A stretch of 64,000 bases of DNA from Eledone cirrhosa (GCA_964016885.1 OZ024755.1:5084001-5148000), one strand, 5' to 3'. Positions 44,848-59,874 are shown, numbered from the stretch's first letter. A program made the numbers and translations. The notes: generated by a model not told the origin, from the letters alone.

Positions 44848-46439
44848 CTGAGATGAAAAAAAAAAGGTGAGGTGTTATATTAAAAATAATTACCATTTGC
44901 TAATTTATAAATTGTTTAAATTTAACACTTTTGCTACTAAATTGACAAACTTTTCATTACCATATTTCTAGTGAAAGATTGGTTTTGAAAATAATCAAGA
45001 ATTTGAAGAGATTTAATAACATTAACTTTCTCATTCTTAACCCTTTAGCATTTAAATTGGTTGTATCTGGCCATAAATGGTAGACAGTAATGTTGATGAA
45101 ATGGAGAGGAATTTTTCATATTTCACATATGCAAAAAAATAAACTGAAAACTGTGTGGTATATTGTATGACTTGTTTCATTTATAGATACATAACTATGA
45201 TGATGCTCTTACAGCTCATACCTATATAGCTTTAGTTGGGTCTCAAGAAGGTGGTATCTTATAAGAGGTTTCTTAGGCATTTTAATGACAGGGGCCCTAG
45301 TCCTATCATTAAAAGATTCCTCCCTTTCTGGAGTGGATGTCAGCCCATTGCAGAAGTTAACCCACAGCTGCAGTTGGTGCAATACGAAATGAAGTCTCTT
45401 GTTAAAGAACACAACACATTACTCAGGCCATGAATTAAACATACAACCTCACAGTTGTGAGAACAACAACCTAACCACTAGAAATTGAATAAATATGTTG
45501 GCTTTGGTTAATAAAAGCAGTAAAATAGAAGATTGCTCTTTCCAACAGTTACATAACAGATTACAGCTGAAAAGAGCTCTTTAGTGACATGATTCTTAAA
45601 TACAGTGGCTGAGAAAAAGATATACAGTGATGGTGGATGATGGTGTAGTAAAGAGGGATGGTGGGATAGGATGGTGGGACAGGAGATAAGGGCACTGGTA
45701 AGTACACTAGGGAGATGATTGATGAAGGGGAGAAGGTGGGAGTAAAATAAATATTAGGCACAGTGATGGAATGATTGCTTGACATTTTATGAAAGGTCAC
45801 CGGTGTATATATAAATCAGTTTAATGATAGGTGATGGTGGTGGTGGTAGTGGTAGTGGTGGTGAGGGAGGAAGGGAGTAGAGAAACACCACAAAATTAAA
45901 CTGAGAAAACCCAGGGAGTCAAGATTTATATTAGGGAGGAAAAAAAAACACTTGGTATTTACATATAAAGAGAGAGAAGCAGTTGAGGGGAGAGGAGAGA
46001 GAATGAGGGAGAAAAAAGAAAGGAAGAGAGAAGAAGAAATGTTGAGTGAAGGAGAGAGAGAAAGATTTTCACACTAAAACTGACTTTCACTTGTTTCCGC
46101 CATTAGAGGATGCAGTTTATCATATTGACCCTAGTACATTATTTCTTTTTTAAAATCTGCTGGTCTTCCACAAACAGATCTTTCCCAGGCTTGAGTCTCG
46201 GAGGGAAACTTTCTAGGTGCAAAACCCTGGTCATTAGTGACTGATGGTGTCCTTTAATTCTAAAGTGGATAAACAAGAGACAAATGCAGTGTTTTGGACA
46301 CGTGATGTGTAAGAAAAGCAAGAGTTGTAGAAGAAGTGCCAAGCACTTGAATTAGACAAAACTTGTGTTAAGAGAATCACAGAAAAAGATATGGAGCAGA
46401 GTTGGGAATAATGAATTCAAGAAACTGAACCTTGTAAAG

Positions 46440-46945
46440 AAGATGACACTGGACAGAGTTGACCAGTGATAGGTCATAATCCACAGGATTGTCCACCAGT
46501 ACAAACACTGTGACAGAGATGACACTGGACAGAGTTGACCAGTGATAGGTCATAATCCACAGGATTGTCCACCAGTACAAACACTGTGAGAGATGAGAGG
46601 ACTGAGTTGACCGGTGATAGGCCATAATTCCACAGGATTGTCCACCAGTACAAACACCAATGTGACAGAGATGACAGAGGACTGAGTTGACCAGTGATAG
46701 GCCATAATTCCACAGGATTGTCCACCAGTACAAACACCAATGTGACAGAGATGACAGAGGACTGAGTTGACCAGTGATAGGCCATAATTCCACAGGATTG
46801 TCCACCAGTACAAACACTGTGGCAGAGATGAGAGAGGACTGAGTTGACTGATCATAGGCCATAATTCCACAGGCCTGTCCACCAGTACAAACACTGTAAC
46901 AGAGATGACACTGGACTCAGTTGACCAGTGATAGGCCATAATACA
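46440..46945. repeat. ~77-80-bp minisatellite (~6 units); relative at 7804-7965
   Basis: GAGTTGACCAGTGATAGGCCATAATTCCACAGGATTGTCCACCAGTACAAACAC units. Confidence 0.88.
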
Positions 46946-48230
46946 AAAGACCCGCTCACCTGTACAAGCACTGTGATACAGGACTGAACTGACTGGTAAT
47001 AAAGTTCTGCTCACCTGCACAAGCATAGCAACACAAAGTAAATATGGTGAGCAACGGGTCTACAGTGTTGGAGATCAAACAAAAGACAGTTTGAGAGGAC
47101 CTTTTCGTCTTGCTAGGCATGTGGAAAGTTCTGCTGCCAGTGACATGAGAAAATAAACCCATTACACTATATAAAGTAGTAGTAGTGGTGCCACAAAAAA
47201 CTCACTAATACATCTTGTAAAGTGGTTGGTGTTAGAAAAGTAATTCAGCTGTAGAAACCACGCCAAATATGGAATGTATGAGCAAGAGAAGGTTGCTTGC
47301 TCCAACGATCTGTTGGATCTCAGACCATGACAATCCACTCATCACATGCTAGAGTGGAAAGTGGACGTATTATGATAACACAGATTCTCCAATCAAGACA
47401 AAATTGCAGTATTTTTTTCTACTCTAATCATTAGGATAGGTTTTAATTAATTGCATTCAGGAAGAAAATACTTTATTTCACGTTGCTCCTTCTGCCAGGA
47501 GATGTAACCAACAGATCAGACAGAGTGAGCAATGGATAGACCCTCAGTTCATTTCTAGGATCATTTTCTTTAATTCTTTAATTAAATGAGATTAATAACA
47601 CAGCATTATAGGGTAAGAAACATTAAATATTACTGGATTTAAATATTTAGGGAGGTTTAATTTTATGGCAAGTAGCAAAGAAGCAGCAAATTAATATTAA
47701 AGCACGTTTAATCCCTTGGGAGCTGAGATTTTTATTTTGCTCACCTGGAAGGCCGAGGGGGGGGGGGGGGGAATAACTGACAAAAGTTACATTTATTCAA
47801 CAGACCTATTAACTCTTTTGGTACCAAACTGTCTGAAACCTCCCTTGTTTTTATGGTAGGGAGCTCGAGATGATGGACTAAATCAAGGTGGTGCCTCAGC
47901 ATGGTCATAGTTTAATAACTGAAACTAGTAAAACAGTACCGGGGTTGATATGATTGACTAAATCAAGGTGGTGCTCCAGTATGGTCACAGTCTAATGACA
48001 GAAACAAGTAAAAGAATATCAGAAAACTCTGATATGAAACAATTAAATATTGATCGTTAATAATATATTACTGGTGGTGGGGTAGAGTGTGGTGAGGGAC
48101 TAAAATAGTTGAAAACCAGTGAAGTCTTACAGATATGAAGAAGATAAACCTCTAATTCATGTTGGTGATGTTAACAGTAGTAAAACCAGCTACAATCCAT
48201 ACTGCATTATATACACACACACATACATTA

Positions 48231-48290
<60 letters not shown>

Positions 48291-49358
48291 GCATCCCACT
48301 CTACTCTCTAGTACATATTGATGATAGTGATTTTAGGCTATCTAGTCAAATACCAGTGGTAGTGTTGTTGTTAATGATGATGATGAATGTGATGGCAGTT
48401 GTATTAGTGTTGTTGATGGTGGTGGTGGTGGTTGTAATAGTGTTGTTGATGGTGGTGGTGGTGGTTGTAATAGTGTTGTTGATGGTGGTGGTGGTGGTGG
48501 TTGTAATAGTGTTGTTGATGGTGGTGGTGGTTGTAATAGTGTTGTTGATGGTGGTGGTGGTTGTAATAGTGTTGTTGATGGTGGTGGTGGTGGTTGTAAT
48601 AGTGTTGTTGATGGTGGTGGTGGTTGTGATGGTTGTAATAGTGTTGTTGATGGTGGTGGTGGTGGTGGTGCTGTTGGTTAGTTGCCATTCCTGCACTCCC
48701 TATTCCAGTCACATGGCCATATTCACTGCATACCAACACGCAACACACCATATTATTTCTTTAGGGAGAGAGAGAGAGAAGTTAACTGAACAAGGTCATA
48801 GTCCTTGACCTGATAGCAGTGAATAGGGATAGAGGGTGGGAAGGGGGAGGATTGGTACAGTCATTACTACTACCTCCACTACCACAATCACCACCCTACT
48901 ACTACTACCATCACCACTGCAATTCCTTGACCCGATTTTTCATAATTATTCATAGTGACCAACTATTATTTTAGTTACAAGGGATTGGCAGTATCGGTAG
49001 AGAGTCGGACGCCATGCTTTGCAGCAAAGAGTTACGGCCCTTTATGATCTGAGTTCAAATCCCGCCGAGGTTAACTTTGCCTTTCATCCTTACGGGGTCG
49101 ATAAAATAAAGTACCAGTAATACCCTGGAATAATTGCTGGCCTTGTGCCAAAAGTAGAAACAATTATTTTAGTTATCTGCTTTGGGACGACTGCATCTCA
49201 AATTTCAAACTTTCCCATCAATGTTTTCTAAGAGAACCGGATATGTGTGTATGTGTGTGTGTAATGCTGTCATTGAGAAAGTTTATGACATGCTGAAAGG
49301 GGGATGTGTGGGGGCAGACTGCTTGTGAGAGGAAAAAAAGGGACAACCTTATTATATA

Positions 49359-49408
<50 letters not shown>

Positions 49409-49552
49409 ACATGACTATATGTACATTACTATATATAGTAATCATATTTAAAAGTTGTAATTCATAATTATTGTCAACAGGACAGAAAATTTTGTAATAT
49501 AGTAATGGTGATAGTTACTGTGTAGCAACAGAAAATATAGTCATATCTTTAA

Positions 49553-49759
49553 CCCTTTAATGTTCAAACTGGCCAAAACCAGCCAGAATTCTCTACCTCT
49601 TTCTGTTGAAACTGGCTGAAACTGGCCACTCATGCTGATGTTAAGGTATTGTTCTCAAAATAAATACTTTCCAAATCTCATAGATTCGATATTATGCGAG
49701 GTAAAAACTTTACCATGAAAATATAATAGTATATATAGAGTAATGTGAATGCTAAAGGG
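49553..49759. mobile_element. piggyBac-like MITE, same family as 2561-2735 in opposite orientation
   Basis: TTAA-CCCTTT...AAAGGG-TTAA; internal sequence matches the reverse complement of the first copy. Confidence 0.8.
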
Positions 49760-49920
49760 TTAAGGTGGCACTCCAGCATGACCACAGCCAATAAAAGAAC
49801 AGTACCATGTTGAACTGTGTCACACTATGATCGGTCAAGGTTTGTATATAAACATTATATTGAGATAAGGCCTAAAGTTTATGTATATAAGCCTTATTTT
49901 TATATATAGGTCAAAGTTTG

Positions 49921-49952
<32 letters not shown>

Positions 49953-50954
49953 CCACCAAGTTTCTATCATCATCATCACTTTACGTCCGCTTTTCCCTGC
50001 TTGCAAGAATGTGACAAGAACTGATTCTGGCTTGATTTCTACAGCTGGGTGCCCTTCCTAACACCAACCTCATTTACAGTGAGTGCTGGGTGCTTTTTTG
50101 CCGTGGCACCTCCACGACCACTTTGCAGTGGAATGATATGGACCCCAGTCCTTATCTCATTTCTACAGCTGAGTAAACTGGAGCAATATGAAATAACGTG
50201 TCTTGCTCAAGGAAACAACACATCACCCGGTCTGAGAATTGATCTCACAACCTTTTGATTGCAAGGCCAATGCTCTAACCACTAAGCCATGTGCCTCCAT
50301 CTATATAAGCATTATATATATATATATATATACATACATACATACATATACATATATCATAATATCCTCTCCTACAAATTTATGATATAACCCCCTTATA
50401 TATATATATACACACCCCATTTGTATACAGCACAGTGAATATATATATAGAAAAGATCTAGAATATACAATGAGCAGAATTTTATAAATTGTGTGATGAA
50501 GAAACATGTCTTTAATAATAATTCTCATGGACTCCAATGTGATGTATACCTTACATCTATTTGCTTAGATTTGGTACAACATCTTTGTGGAATCCCAGAG
50601 CAATTATTTTATAAAAATCTATTATATTAACCATATGACAGATGTCAAATACATAAAATTATTTCTAAATATATTAGAGCTGTGGTTTGACATTTATTTA
50701 TGTACATCATATCACACAATTATTTGTACATGTATACGTATTGCTTTCTATGTATATACACAACAGTGTACATATACATACACAACCGTTTGAATACTCA
50801 CACACACACGTGTATATACATACACAAGCATATACATCCCTCACTCTCTTTAACTATATATATATATATATATATTTTGTTTCTGAATTTGTTTAGCAAG
50901 ATTCCTTATCTGATGTGTCGAAATGTTATTGGCAACATGACCCTCCCAAAGTAT

Positions 50955-51038
<84 letters not shown>

Positions 51039-54000
51039 TTACTTCTGCGTTCACAGATTGACTTTTTTAGTTTCAGAAGATCCCGTTAAGCAGCGATTCT
51101 TTGCTTAAACTTTAATCTGTTATTTTAATAAATATTTGCTTTACAGTTCTTATATATTTGATATATATTTATCCTTATCGAGCCCTCTTTGGATTTTAGT
51201 CTTCAAATTTATTATTACTATTATATATAAATATATATATAGTGAGAGAGAGATGCATACACATATGTGTATGCATCTCTCTCTCTCTCTCTCTCACTAT
51301 ATCTATATATATGTGTGTGTAGAGAGAGAGATACAGACACACTACCAATAAATCACATTATATATTAGTGAAGGAAATACACGGAATATATAAAATAAGT
51401 CTTGGCTGTTTAGAGGAGAATTTTGTAGCTGTTTTTAGTTTAATATGTTGAAATGAGAAATAACTGTTTTCTCTCAAGTTAAATATATTAAAATATGGAA
51501 TTCTAGTTGAAAACTGATCCTTCTCAAGTTACAGCTGAAGGAGAGGCTACATCATTAAGTGTGAGGCCAGTGGGTAAGCAAGTAATATTTTTACTTAATG
51601 TACAGTGAGTATTTAATCATAAATTGTAGCTAATCTAGCATACTGGGTCTATTTGAAAGAATGTCAGCATAAAAGGATTTCACAAGACTTAAGCATGTTT
51701 CCATATTTCTAAGACTGCATATGATTTTGAAAATATTTCAAAATTATTTTTTAAATCACAAATTTGCAGCGATTTAATAATATAACTAGCTTTCTCATTA
51801 AGTTGGTGTTTGGAACATAACTTAAAAATTCTTCCATAAAATAATCATGTCAGATTTTTCGATAAATATTTTATATATTAAAATAAACAGGCTTATTATT
51901 TTTAGAAAGTACTTGGCCCAACTAACTACATCATTCTTAGCATTCTCGGAAAGCCTGGAAAGTGTCTGGCGCAACTAATTACACCAGTCTTACCATTCTA
52001 GGAAAGCTTATAAAGTGGCTGGCTCAACTTACTACATCAGTCTTATCACTGTAGGCAATCTCTGCAAATCTGACTTTATAAGAGTGTAGACATCATCAAA
52101 GAGTGTAGAGCTAGGACAACAAGCCAAGACCTATGTCAAGCTGATTTGTGACAACATAAACTGCAATCCCTCTCACCTGTCAAATATGATGAACAACAGA
52201 ATTGGATGGCAACAGAGGGTCAAAGGAATAGGTGCAAGCAGTGTCACACAGTAGATTGATTTTAGAACCAGGAATGGTTTCAAGTGGTTTGGTATTGGGT
52301 TAAAGAAGGACCAAATGCCAGAATAAATTGGTTCAAATGCAACAAAAGCAGCAACATTGTTTCCAGACACTAATTCCTCAATGTAATTATGATTGATTCC
52401 TTTTACTTTACAGTAATTCCTTATCTAAGTATAAGAGAAAGAAGCTATACAACTAAAATTAGATTAACATGACAAACATAAGAGATGAAATTCAAATTAG
52501 ATTTAACATAGAAGGAAGGAGGGAAATGAAAATAAAATGAAAGTGTGTTAGTGTAGGGTTGTCTGTGGCAGTGAATCAAATTAAATGTTTGTTTGTTAGA
52601 GAGTAAAATCAACTGGATGCAGTGGAGAGAGAAATTCTTTAGATCTGATATGAACAGTGAACATAGATGTTAAAGTTATCTCATGAGTGAAGGCATTTAA
52701 CTTGTAACGTCCTGTACCACATGAAAACTCATTAGCAAGACATTCTTGAAAAGTACAAAACAACACTATGACTGCATCACATATTTGAGCACTTTCATAC
52801 AAACAACTTTATATCATAAAACCATGGGTGGTTTGGTATAAAGGGTTAAATAAATGAAGAAATATCTTTTTCGGGTACCTCACATTGCTTTTGTGGAAGG
52901 AATTGAATTTAAGCATATTCACTAATTAACCACTCCAAAGCTTGCAGGCTTTTTGTTAGCAGTGAGATACTTAGAGCTACATGTACATAGCTGCTGAAAG
53001 AGAGTCAAGTGGAGTTAGAGAGTAAATGTAGCATTGGTAACAGGATATGAACTTACAACACTTCGACTGATGAGAAACAATATCCTGTAGAACTAATAAT
53101 AGACATCAACCCTGAGCTTTATATTTATTTAGGGAGTTGGTCTGAAGAACGTAGTTGAGCCAGGCACTTTATATTGTTTTCTTGGTGTGATTTGACCCTG
53201 AAACCATTAGGGAAATAATGGCCATGTTTGATATGCAGAAAAAGGAATAGGTAAGAATTCTATACAGCGTACTCAATGTAAAATATGAGTGTACAAGAGG
53301 TGTAGGTTTAGTTGGCTTTCTACAAGGTTACATCTCTTAAGAGATTTCTCAGGGGTTTTAATGATAAGAGCCCCAGACATGAAAAACATGAAATGAAGTG
53401 TCTTGGCTCAAAAACATGTACCACCTGGTCCAGAAATCAAACCCATGACCTTATGATGATGGGTCCAAAACCTTAACCACTGGGCCATACACCTTCAGAA
53501 TAGATACAAGATCACCTGAGAATGTTACCAGTGATAAATAAGTATTCTTATCCAAGGAGAGATTTATCTCTCATCTACCTATCTTTGCGGCAAGAAACCA
53601 GAGCTAAGAACAAGTCCCCCACTAAACCACACCCCTAAAAATCTCTAGGGTGCTTAAGTATTTACATCATATTTACATTACCAAAACAGTTAATACTAAA
53701 AGAAAAAAAAACAAAAACAAGAAGATGGGGGAGCAAGATAGCACATCTGCTGGTTCTTATTTTCAAAATATTACTGATAAACTTCGAAAGATTAAAGTAA
53801 AGGAAGAGACAAGATCTTATCAACAGCCTAATGTATTTTGGTCTTTTCTTTTAAAATTTTATTTAGAGCAAGAGAAAAAGAATGTTATATAATTACTTAA
53901 TGAGGTGACAAAGGGTAGGTGGTGTGGAGGTAGGTGGGTCAAGCTTGTTGAAGCTACACTTATGGACTGGACACACAATCTGAACAAACAACTACAAGAA

Positions 54001-54067
54001 TCCCATCACATCTATCTAACAGTTGGTTCTTTCATGTCTAAATAAAGAACCAAACAGCTGGAATCAC

Positions 54068-54104
<37 letters not shown>

Positions 54105-54486
54105 ATCATCATCATCATCATCATCATCCGTCCGCTTTTCCCTGCTTGCAAGGGTAGGACGGGAACTGATTCTGGCTTGATTTCTACAGCTGGATGCCCT
54201 TCCTAACACCAACCTCATTTACAGTGAGTGCTGGGTGCTTTTTTGCCGTGGCGCCTACACGACCACTTTGCAGTGGAATGATAGGGACCCCAGTCTCTAT
54301 CATCTCATTTCTACAGCTGAGTAAACTGGAGCAATGTGAAATAAAGTGACGTGCTCAAGGAAACAACATCACCCGGTCTGAGAATTGAACTCACAATCTT
54401 TCGATTGCAAGGCCAATGCTCTAACCACTAAGCCATGTGCCTCCATATATATATATATATTATAGTATTGGTGCTCTGAAATTGCG

Positions 54487-54775
54487 ATGTATACATGAAT
54501 GTATGTATAGTATATTTGGCAATATAATGTATGTTTAATTAAAAACATTTAGAAGACCATTTGCTATCAGTTTTAAAATAGTGACTGTCACTTATTCTCG
54601 GCAAATAACAACGGAGAGTGATCAAGAGACTGTTTGTTGATCACTCTCCGTTGTTATTTGCCGAGAATAAGTGACAGTCACTATTTTATAACTGATAGCA
54701 AATGGTCTTCTAAATGTTTTTAATTAAACATACATTATATTGCCAAATATACTATACATACATTCATGTATACAT
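54487..54775. repeat. Long inverted repeat (139-bp arms, 11-nt spacer)
   Basis: 54487-54625 vs 54637-54775, one mismatch noticed. Confidence 0.9.
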
Positions 54776-57574
54776 ATATATATGGATGAGATGTTACTAG
54801 TTTTAAGTCCAGTAAAACTATTCAACTTAGTACTCTACACTCAAGGAAAGTAGAGTGTAGATATTATTATAGGGACACTTTGCCCAATGATTAAGCTTCT
54901 ACAGTTAATTAAATCAACCCCAGTGCATTACTGGTGCTTTATTTTATTGACCCCATAAGGATGAAAGGCAAAGTTAACCTCGGCAGGATCTGAACTCACA
55001 ACATAAAGGGCTGTATGCCTATGCTGCAAAGTATCTGACGCTTTACTGATACTGACAATCCCAAGTCAGTGTCCTGTTACTCTAGAGTTACTTGTGTATT
55101 TACAGTGAATACATAAGTAAAACTTCAGAATAACAGGGCTGACTTGACTTAATGCAAAATAAAAAAAATTAATCTCTACTATAGTATTGAGTACTCATCA
55201 TCGCAACCATCAATACACATACGCACATGTGTGTGCATATATATATATATATGTTTCTTTGATATAACCCTAATGAAAGACGAAATGTCTGAAATATTAG
55301 GTAGAATAAATTGAAAGGTAACATCTCTGGTTTCTCTTGTTTTTATTCACCACATAACACAGAATTACTTGTCTCCTCTCGATCTTGTTACCTGGATATT
55401 TTCACCACAGCCGCATTATAGTGGCTTTCAAACCTCACAGTTTATATATATATATATCCAGGGTGACTAGGTGAGAAGTAAAATCTCTCCTGCTAGGTCT
55501 TGGTTAATATAATTAGCAGTTATAACAGCTGGCTAGTTATCTATTTATTGCACACACACACATTCCACACCACACCAACATAGTCACCTCATGGTGATAA
55601 GAAAAAAAAACTGATACCTTAGTTATCTAGTTTGTTCATAAACAGATAAACCTTAAATTACTTCACTTGTGACTGAAGAAGACCCTATTTTCACCCTCCA
55701 CCACCACCACTGTCACCCTAGTATCAAGATTCATATGCCCCAGATAGTCCAATTACAACAGCAGCAGCTTATATCCATAGAAATATTTCTCCAATCTTTT
55801 CTCTAACGCCAACTGACCCAGCAACATTCTTAACACAAAAAAAAACTAGTAAAGTCGGTTAAAATATGCAGTCAACTGCTTCTTTTACAATAAATATTCA
55901 TTTATTTCATCATTTGGAGGCAATTAGGTAGTAAAAAAAACACTTCTAATGAATGTATCAAGCATCTGAGAAGACCTATCTTGATGCATTCATTAATTCT
56001 ATAATAACAGTTGTGTTTAGATTACTCTGACATTACTGGTTCATTAATATTACACAATAGAAACTTCTGAGTAACAGTCAACGAGATAACCTTTTGGATA
56101 CCAAACCATCTGACACTGTTCCCATTCTGTGATTACTAACACACGTCCCTAGATCTATCTCCCCTGTCTCTGCACACCTCCCCCCACCCAAGTCCCCATA
56201 CTGTAAAGTGGTTGTGTTGGTGACACAAGAAAAAGCACCCAGTCACACTGTAAATGTGGTTAATGTTAGGAAAGACCTCCAACTGTAGAAACCAAACCAC
56301 AAACAGTTCCACATGAACAAGAATATGGTCATCTGCAGTGGCATGTCATATATGGTTATGGTGCATTGTTTGTATGTTAGAGGTCTGGTGGCTTTTTTTC
56401 ACCTGATCAAATGCTGTACCTGTGTTAATTCAGGGTAGATATGACATTGTTTGCATGCTAAAGGTGTGGTGGCTTCTTTCATTGGTCAAATATACCCGAC
56501 TTTATGCATGGTTTTGCCCTGTTTTTGGTGACAGAGAGAAAGATATTACACACACAAATACCTCACACACACACACACACATATATATATAGAGAGAGGG
56601 GGGGGGTATTATATACAGAAAATAAATATATAGAGAGAACAGTAAGAAAATAAGAGAGAGAGAGAAGGAAATAAGAGCAAAAATTACAAAAAAAAAAAAA
56701 AAGACAATGAGTGATAGGTAAAAAAAAGTTCAATATGTTTAGTATAGCAGATGTGGAATCAGCCATCCATAAAAGAGAACAAAGCAAAGAATCTTAAATA
56801 ATGAAGTAAAATGTGTGGGATGTTGCACATAATCCACTGAAGTAGACCTCAATATATAACAATAGATGTTTCATTTCACAACACACTATATATTGCATTA
56901 GGTGGAGTAGAGTGGAGTGGAGTGAAGAGTGGAGTGGAGTGAAGTGAAGAGTGGAGTGGAATGGATTATTTACAATATGCTTCAGTACTGACTTGGTCTA
57001 TGTAGACCTGTCCAACCCATCCTAGCAGGGGTTGGGAGGGGGGATGTTAAATGATGGTGATGATGATGGTGATGATGATGGTGATGGTGATGGTGATAAT
57101 GATGATGATAATGATGACGGTGATGATAATGATGACGGTGATGATAATGATGACGGTGATGATGGCAACAATGATGATTCATAAACATATTTTAATGAAA
57201 AGACACTGCTAATGATTTCAAAATCATTTTGAATATGAATAATTTGGAGAATTTTATCAAAATAGCTAACTTTCTCATCAATTTAGTTTACCAAATTACC
57301 TGAAATAGCCCCCTGTTTACCAACCTACCTGAAACAGCCCCCTGTTTACCAAACTACCTGAGACAGCCTCTTGTTTTATAAAACAAAGCAGTTTATTTTA
57401 AACTGTTTGTATATATCTAACTAAAATCTTCCATCATACTTGTATGTAAGAACCTTTGTTAAGCTGGGCTGCAGACACCACCTTAATTAATAATGAGAAA
57501 ATTAAGTTATATTACATCTTTCACAATTCCTTATTTCCAAAATGATTTGAAAATCATAGGCAGCGTTTCTCTTT

Positions 57575-58618
57575 TGAAATATGGTAATAAAAGGGTTAAT
57601 GACATAGGCGGTGTTTATCATTAGAAATATGGCAATGAAAGGGTTAATGACATAGACAGTGTCTTTCATTAGAAATATGGTAATGAAAGGGTTATGAAAG
57701 GGTTAATGACATAGACAGTGTCTTCCATTAGAAATATGGTAATGAAAGGGTTAATGACATAGACAATGTCTTTCATTAGAAATATGGTAATGAAAGGGTT
57801 AATGACATAGACAATGTCTTTCATTAGAAATATGGTAATGAAAGGGTTAATGACATAGACAATGTCTTTCATTAGAAATATGGTAATGAAAGGGTTAATG
57901 ACATAGACAATGTCTTTCATTAGAAATATGGTAATGAAAGGGTTAATGACATAGACAATGTCTTTCATTAGAAATATGGTAATGAAAGGGTTAATGACAT
58001 AGACAATGTCTTTCATTAGAAATATGGTAATGAAAGGGTTAATGACATAGACAATGTCTTTCATTAGAAATATGGTAATGAAAGGGTTAATGACATAGAC
58101 AATGTCTTTCATTAGAAATATGGTAATGAAAGGGTTAATGACATAGACAATGTCTTTCATTAGAAATATGGTAATGAAAGGGTTAATGACATAGACAATG
58201 TCTTTCATTAGAAATATGGTAATGAAAGGGCTAATGATATAGGTACTGTCTTTCATTAGAAATATGGTAATGAAAGGGCTAATGATATAGGTACTGTCTT
58301 TCATTAGAAATATGGTAATGAAAGGGTTAATGACATAGACAATGTCTTTCATTAGAAATATGGTAATGAAAGGGCTAATGATATAGGTACTGTCTTTCAT
58401 TAGAAATATGGTAATGAAAGGGTTAATGACATAGACAATGTCTTTCATTAGAAATATGGTAATGAAAGGGCTAATGATATAGGTACTGTCTTTCATTAGA
58501 AATATGGTAATGAAAGGGTTAATGACATAGACAATGTCTTTCATTAGAAATATGGTAATGAAAGGGCTAATGATATAGGTACTGTCTTTCATTAGAAATA
58601 TGGTAATGAAAGGGTTAA
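57575..58618. repeat. 48-bp satellite array (~21 units), same family as 26145-26592
   Basis: TTCATTAGAAATATGGTAATGAAAGGGTTAATGACATAGACAATGTCT; alternating variant unit in the 3' third. Confidence 0.95.
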
Positions 58619-59431
58619 AGTAAAATATGATGAAATGTTTGAAGTATATAATATATTATTTAGTTCAATACCAGCTTACTACCATGACATCTTTATAGTT
58701 GAACTCTCATACAACCATAAAGATGCCATACTGCAACAATAAGATAGGGAGGTGTGTGTGTGTGTATATATGTATGTATGTATGTATATATATATACACA
58801 CACACAGTGTAGCAGCTATATATATATACATATATATACATACATAGTGTATCAGCTATATATATGTCTCTATATAAGCCAAACTTTACTTAGCTCTTTT
58901 GACCTATTCTCCACTCCAAAATAACTATTAACAGATTAGTTGACTGATATTTACTTAAGAGTCTGCTATCTTTCAGTCTGTCTCCACATGCCTGCCTTAC
59001 TTATCACACACCTCCCAGCTTACCACATTAATTCCCCCACTAAATAAGGCCTCACCTCACCCTACATTTTGCAAGCACACACCTCCCAACTTACATTAAA
59101 TCATTTCCCCATTAACCCTCCTAAACAAGACCTCACCCCACTCCATATGTTTTGCAAGAGGTCCTTAGGTATCACACACCTCCCAGCTTACATCAAAACC
59201 CCCCACCCTACTAAACATCCACTCCATCCCATCCTATCCATCATGTTTTGCATGAACTGTATGCCAGCAAGTATCATCTACCAGACTTGTCTAACCCATG
59301 CTAGAGTGGAAAATGGACGTTAAACAACGATGATGATAATAATCCTAATATACAATGGAATTACCTTCTGAAACAACAAATTTGTCTCGCAAATGACTTC
59401 ATCTGAGATTGGCTGTTGAATGAAACTAAAG

Positions 59432-59692
59432 CAATTACAACATGAAAGAGTCACTTTAGCCATTGAAAAACAAACAAAAAACTTAATTTCACTTTACATT
59501 TTCCATAGTTTCATATTTTTTAATGTCAAAATGTTCATTGCACTTCTTGTGACCTGGTCACTGACAGTGCTACAGTGGAACTGTGTCAATGACAAAATCA
59601 CAAACAATGCAATGGAAATATGGAGAATGTAAAGTGAAATTAAGTTTTTTGTCTGTTTTTCAATGGCTAAACTAACTTCCATGTTGTAATTG
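59432..59692. mobile_element. MITE-like fold-back element; relative at about 19512-19750
   Basis: Imperfect ~75-bp terminal inverted repeats CAATTACAACATG...CATGTTGTAATTG plus an internal hairpin. Confidence 0.7.
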
Positions 59693-59874
59693 TGTGAATA
59701 TAGATGTTTAGGTTTTATATATGTGTCAAAATATCAAATATTTAGAGCTAGACTTAAGCCCTAAACACCTTAAGTAGGCTAAATGGGATTATCTACTGTA
59801 AACTGATTCATATAGATGAATCATATTAATCAACAGATTAGCATTATTACTGTAAACAAAACATCAAATAATGA

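Noticed and set aside
52596-52802. 68-aa ORF with an LDL-receptor-like 'CLANEFSCG' string
   Set aside because: The same DNA recurs inverted near 20010-20065, so it is a dispersed repeat, and the remaining cysteines of the module are absent.
57669-58592. 307-aa repeat protein (MKDIVYVINPFITIFL)n
   Set aside because: Translation of a 48-bp satellite; no splice or protein-level evidence.
58676-58735. Exon-like segment on the - strand (ttgcag...gtaag) as a possible upstream kindlin exon
   Set aside because: No kindlin similarity and no stop-free frame in the phase needed to join 44847; a similar candidate near 59360-59415 fails the same way.
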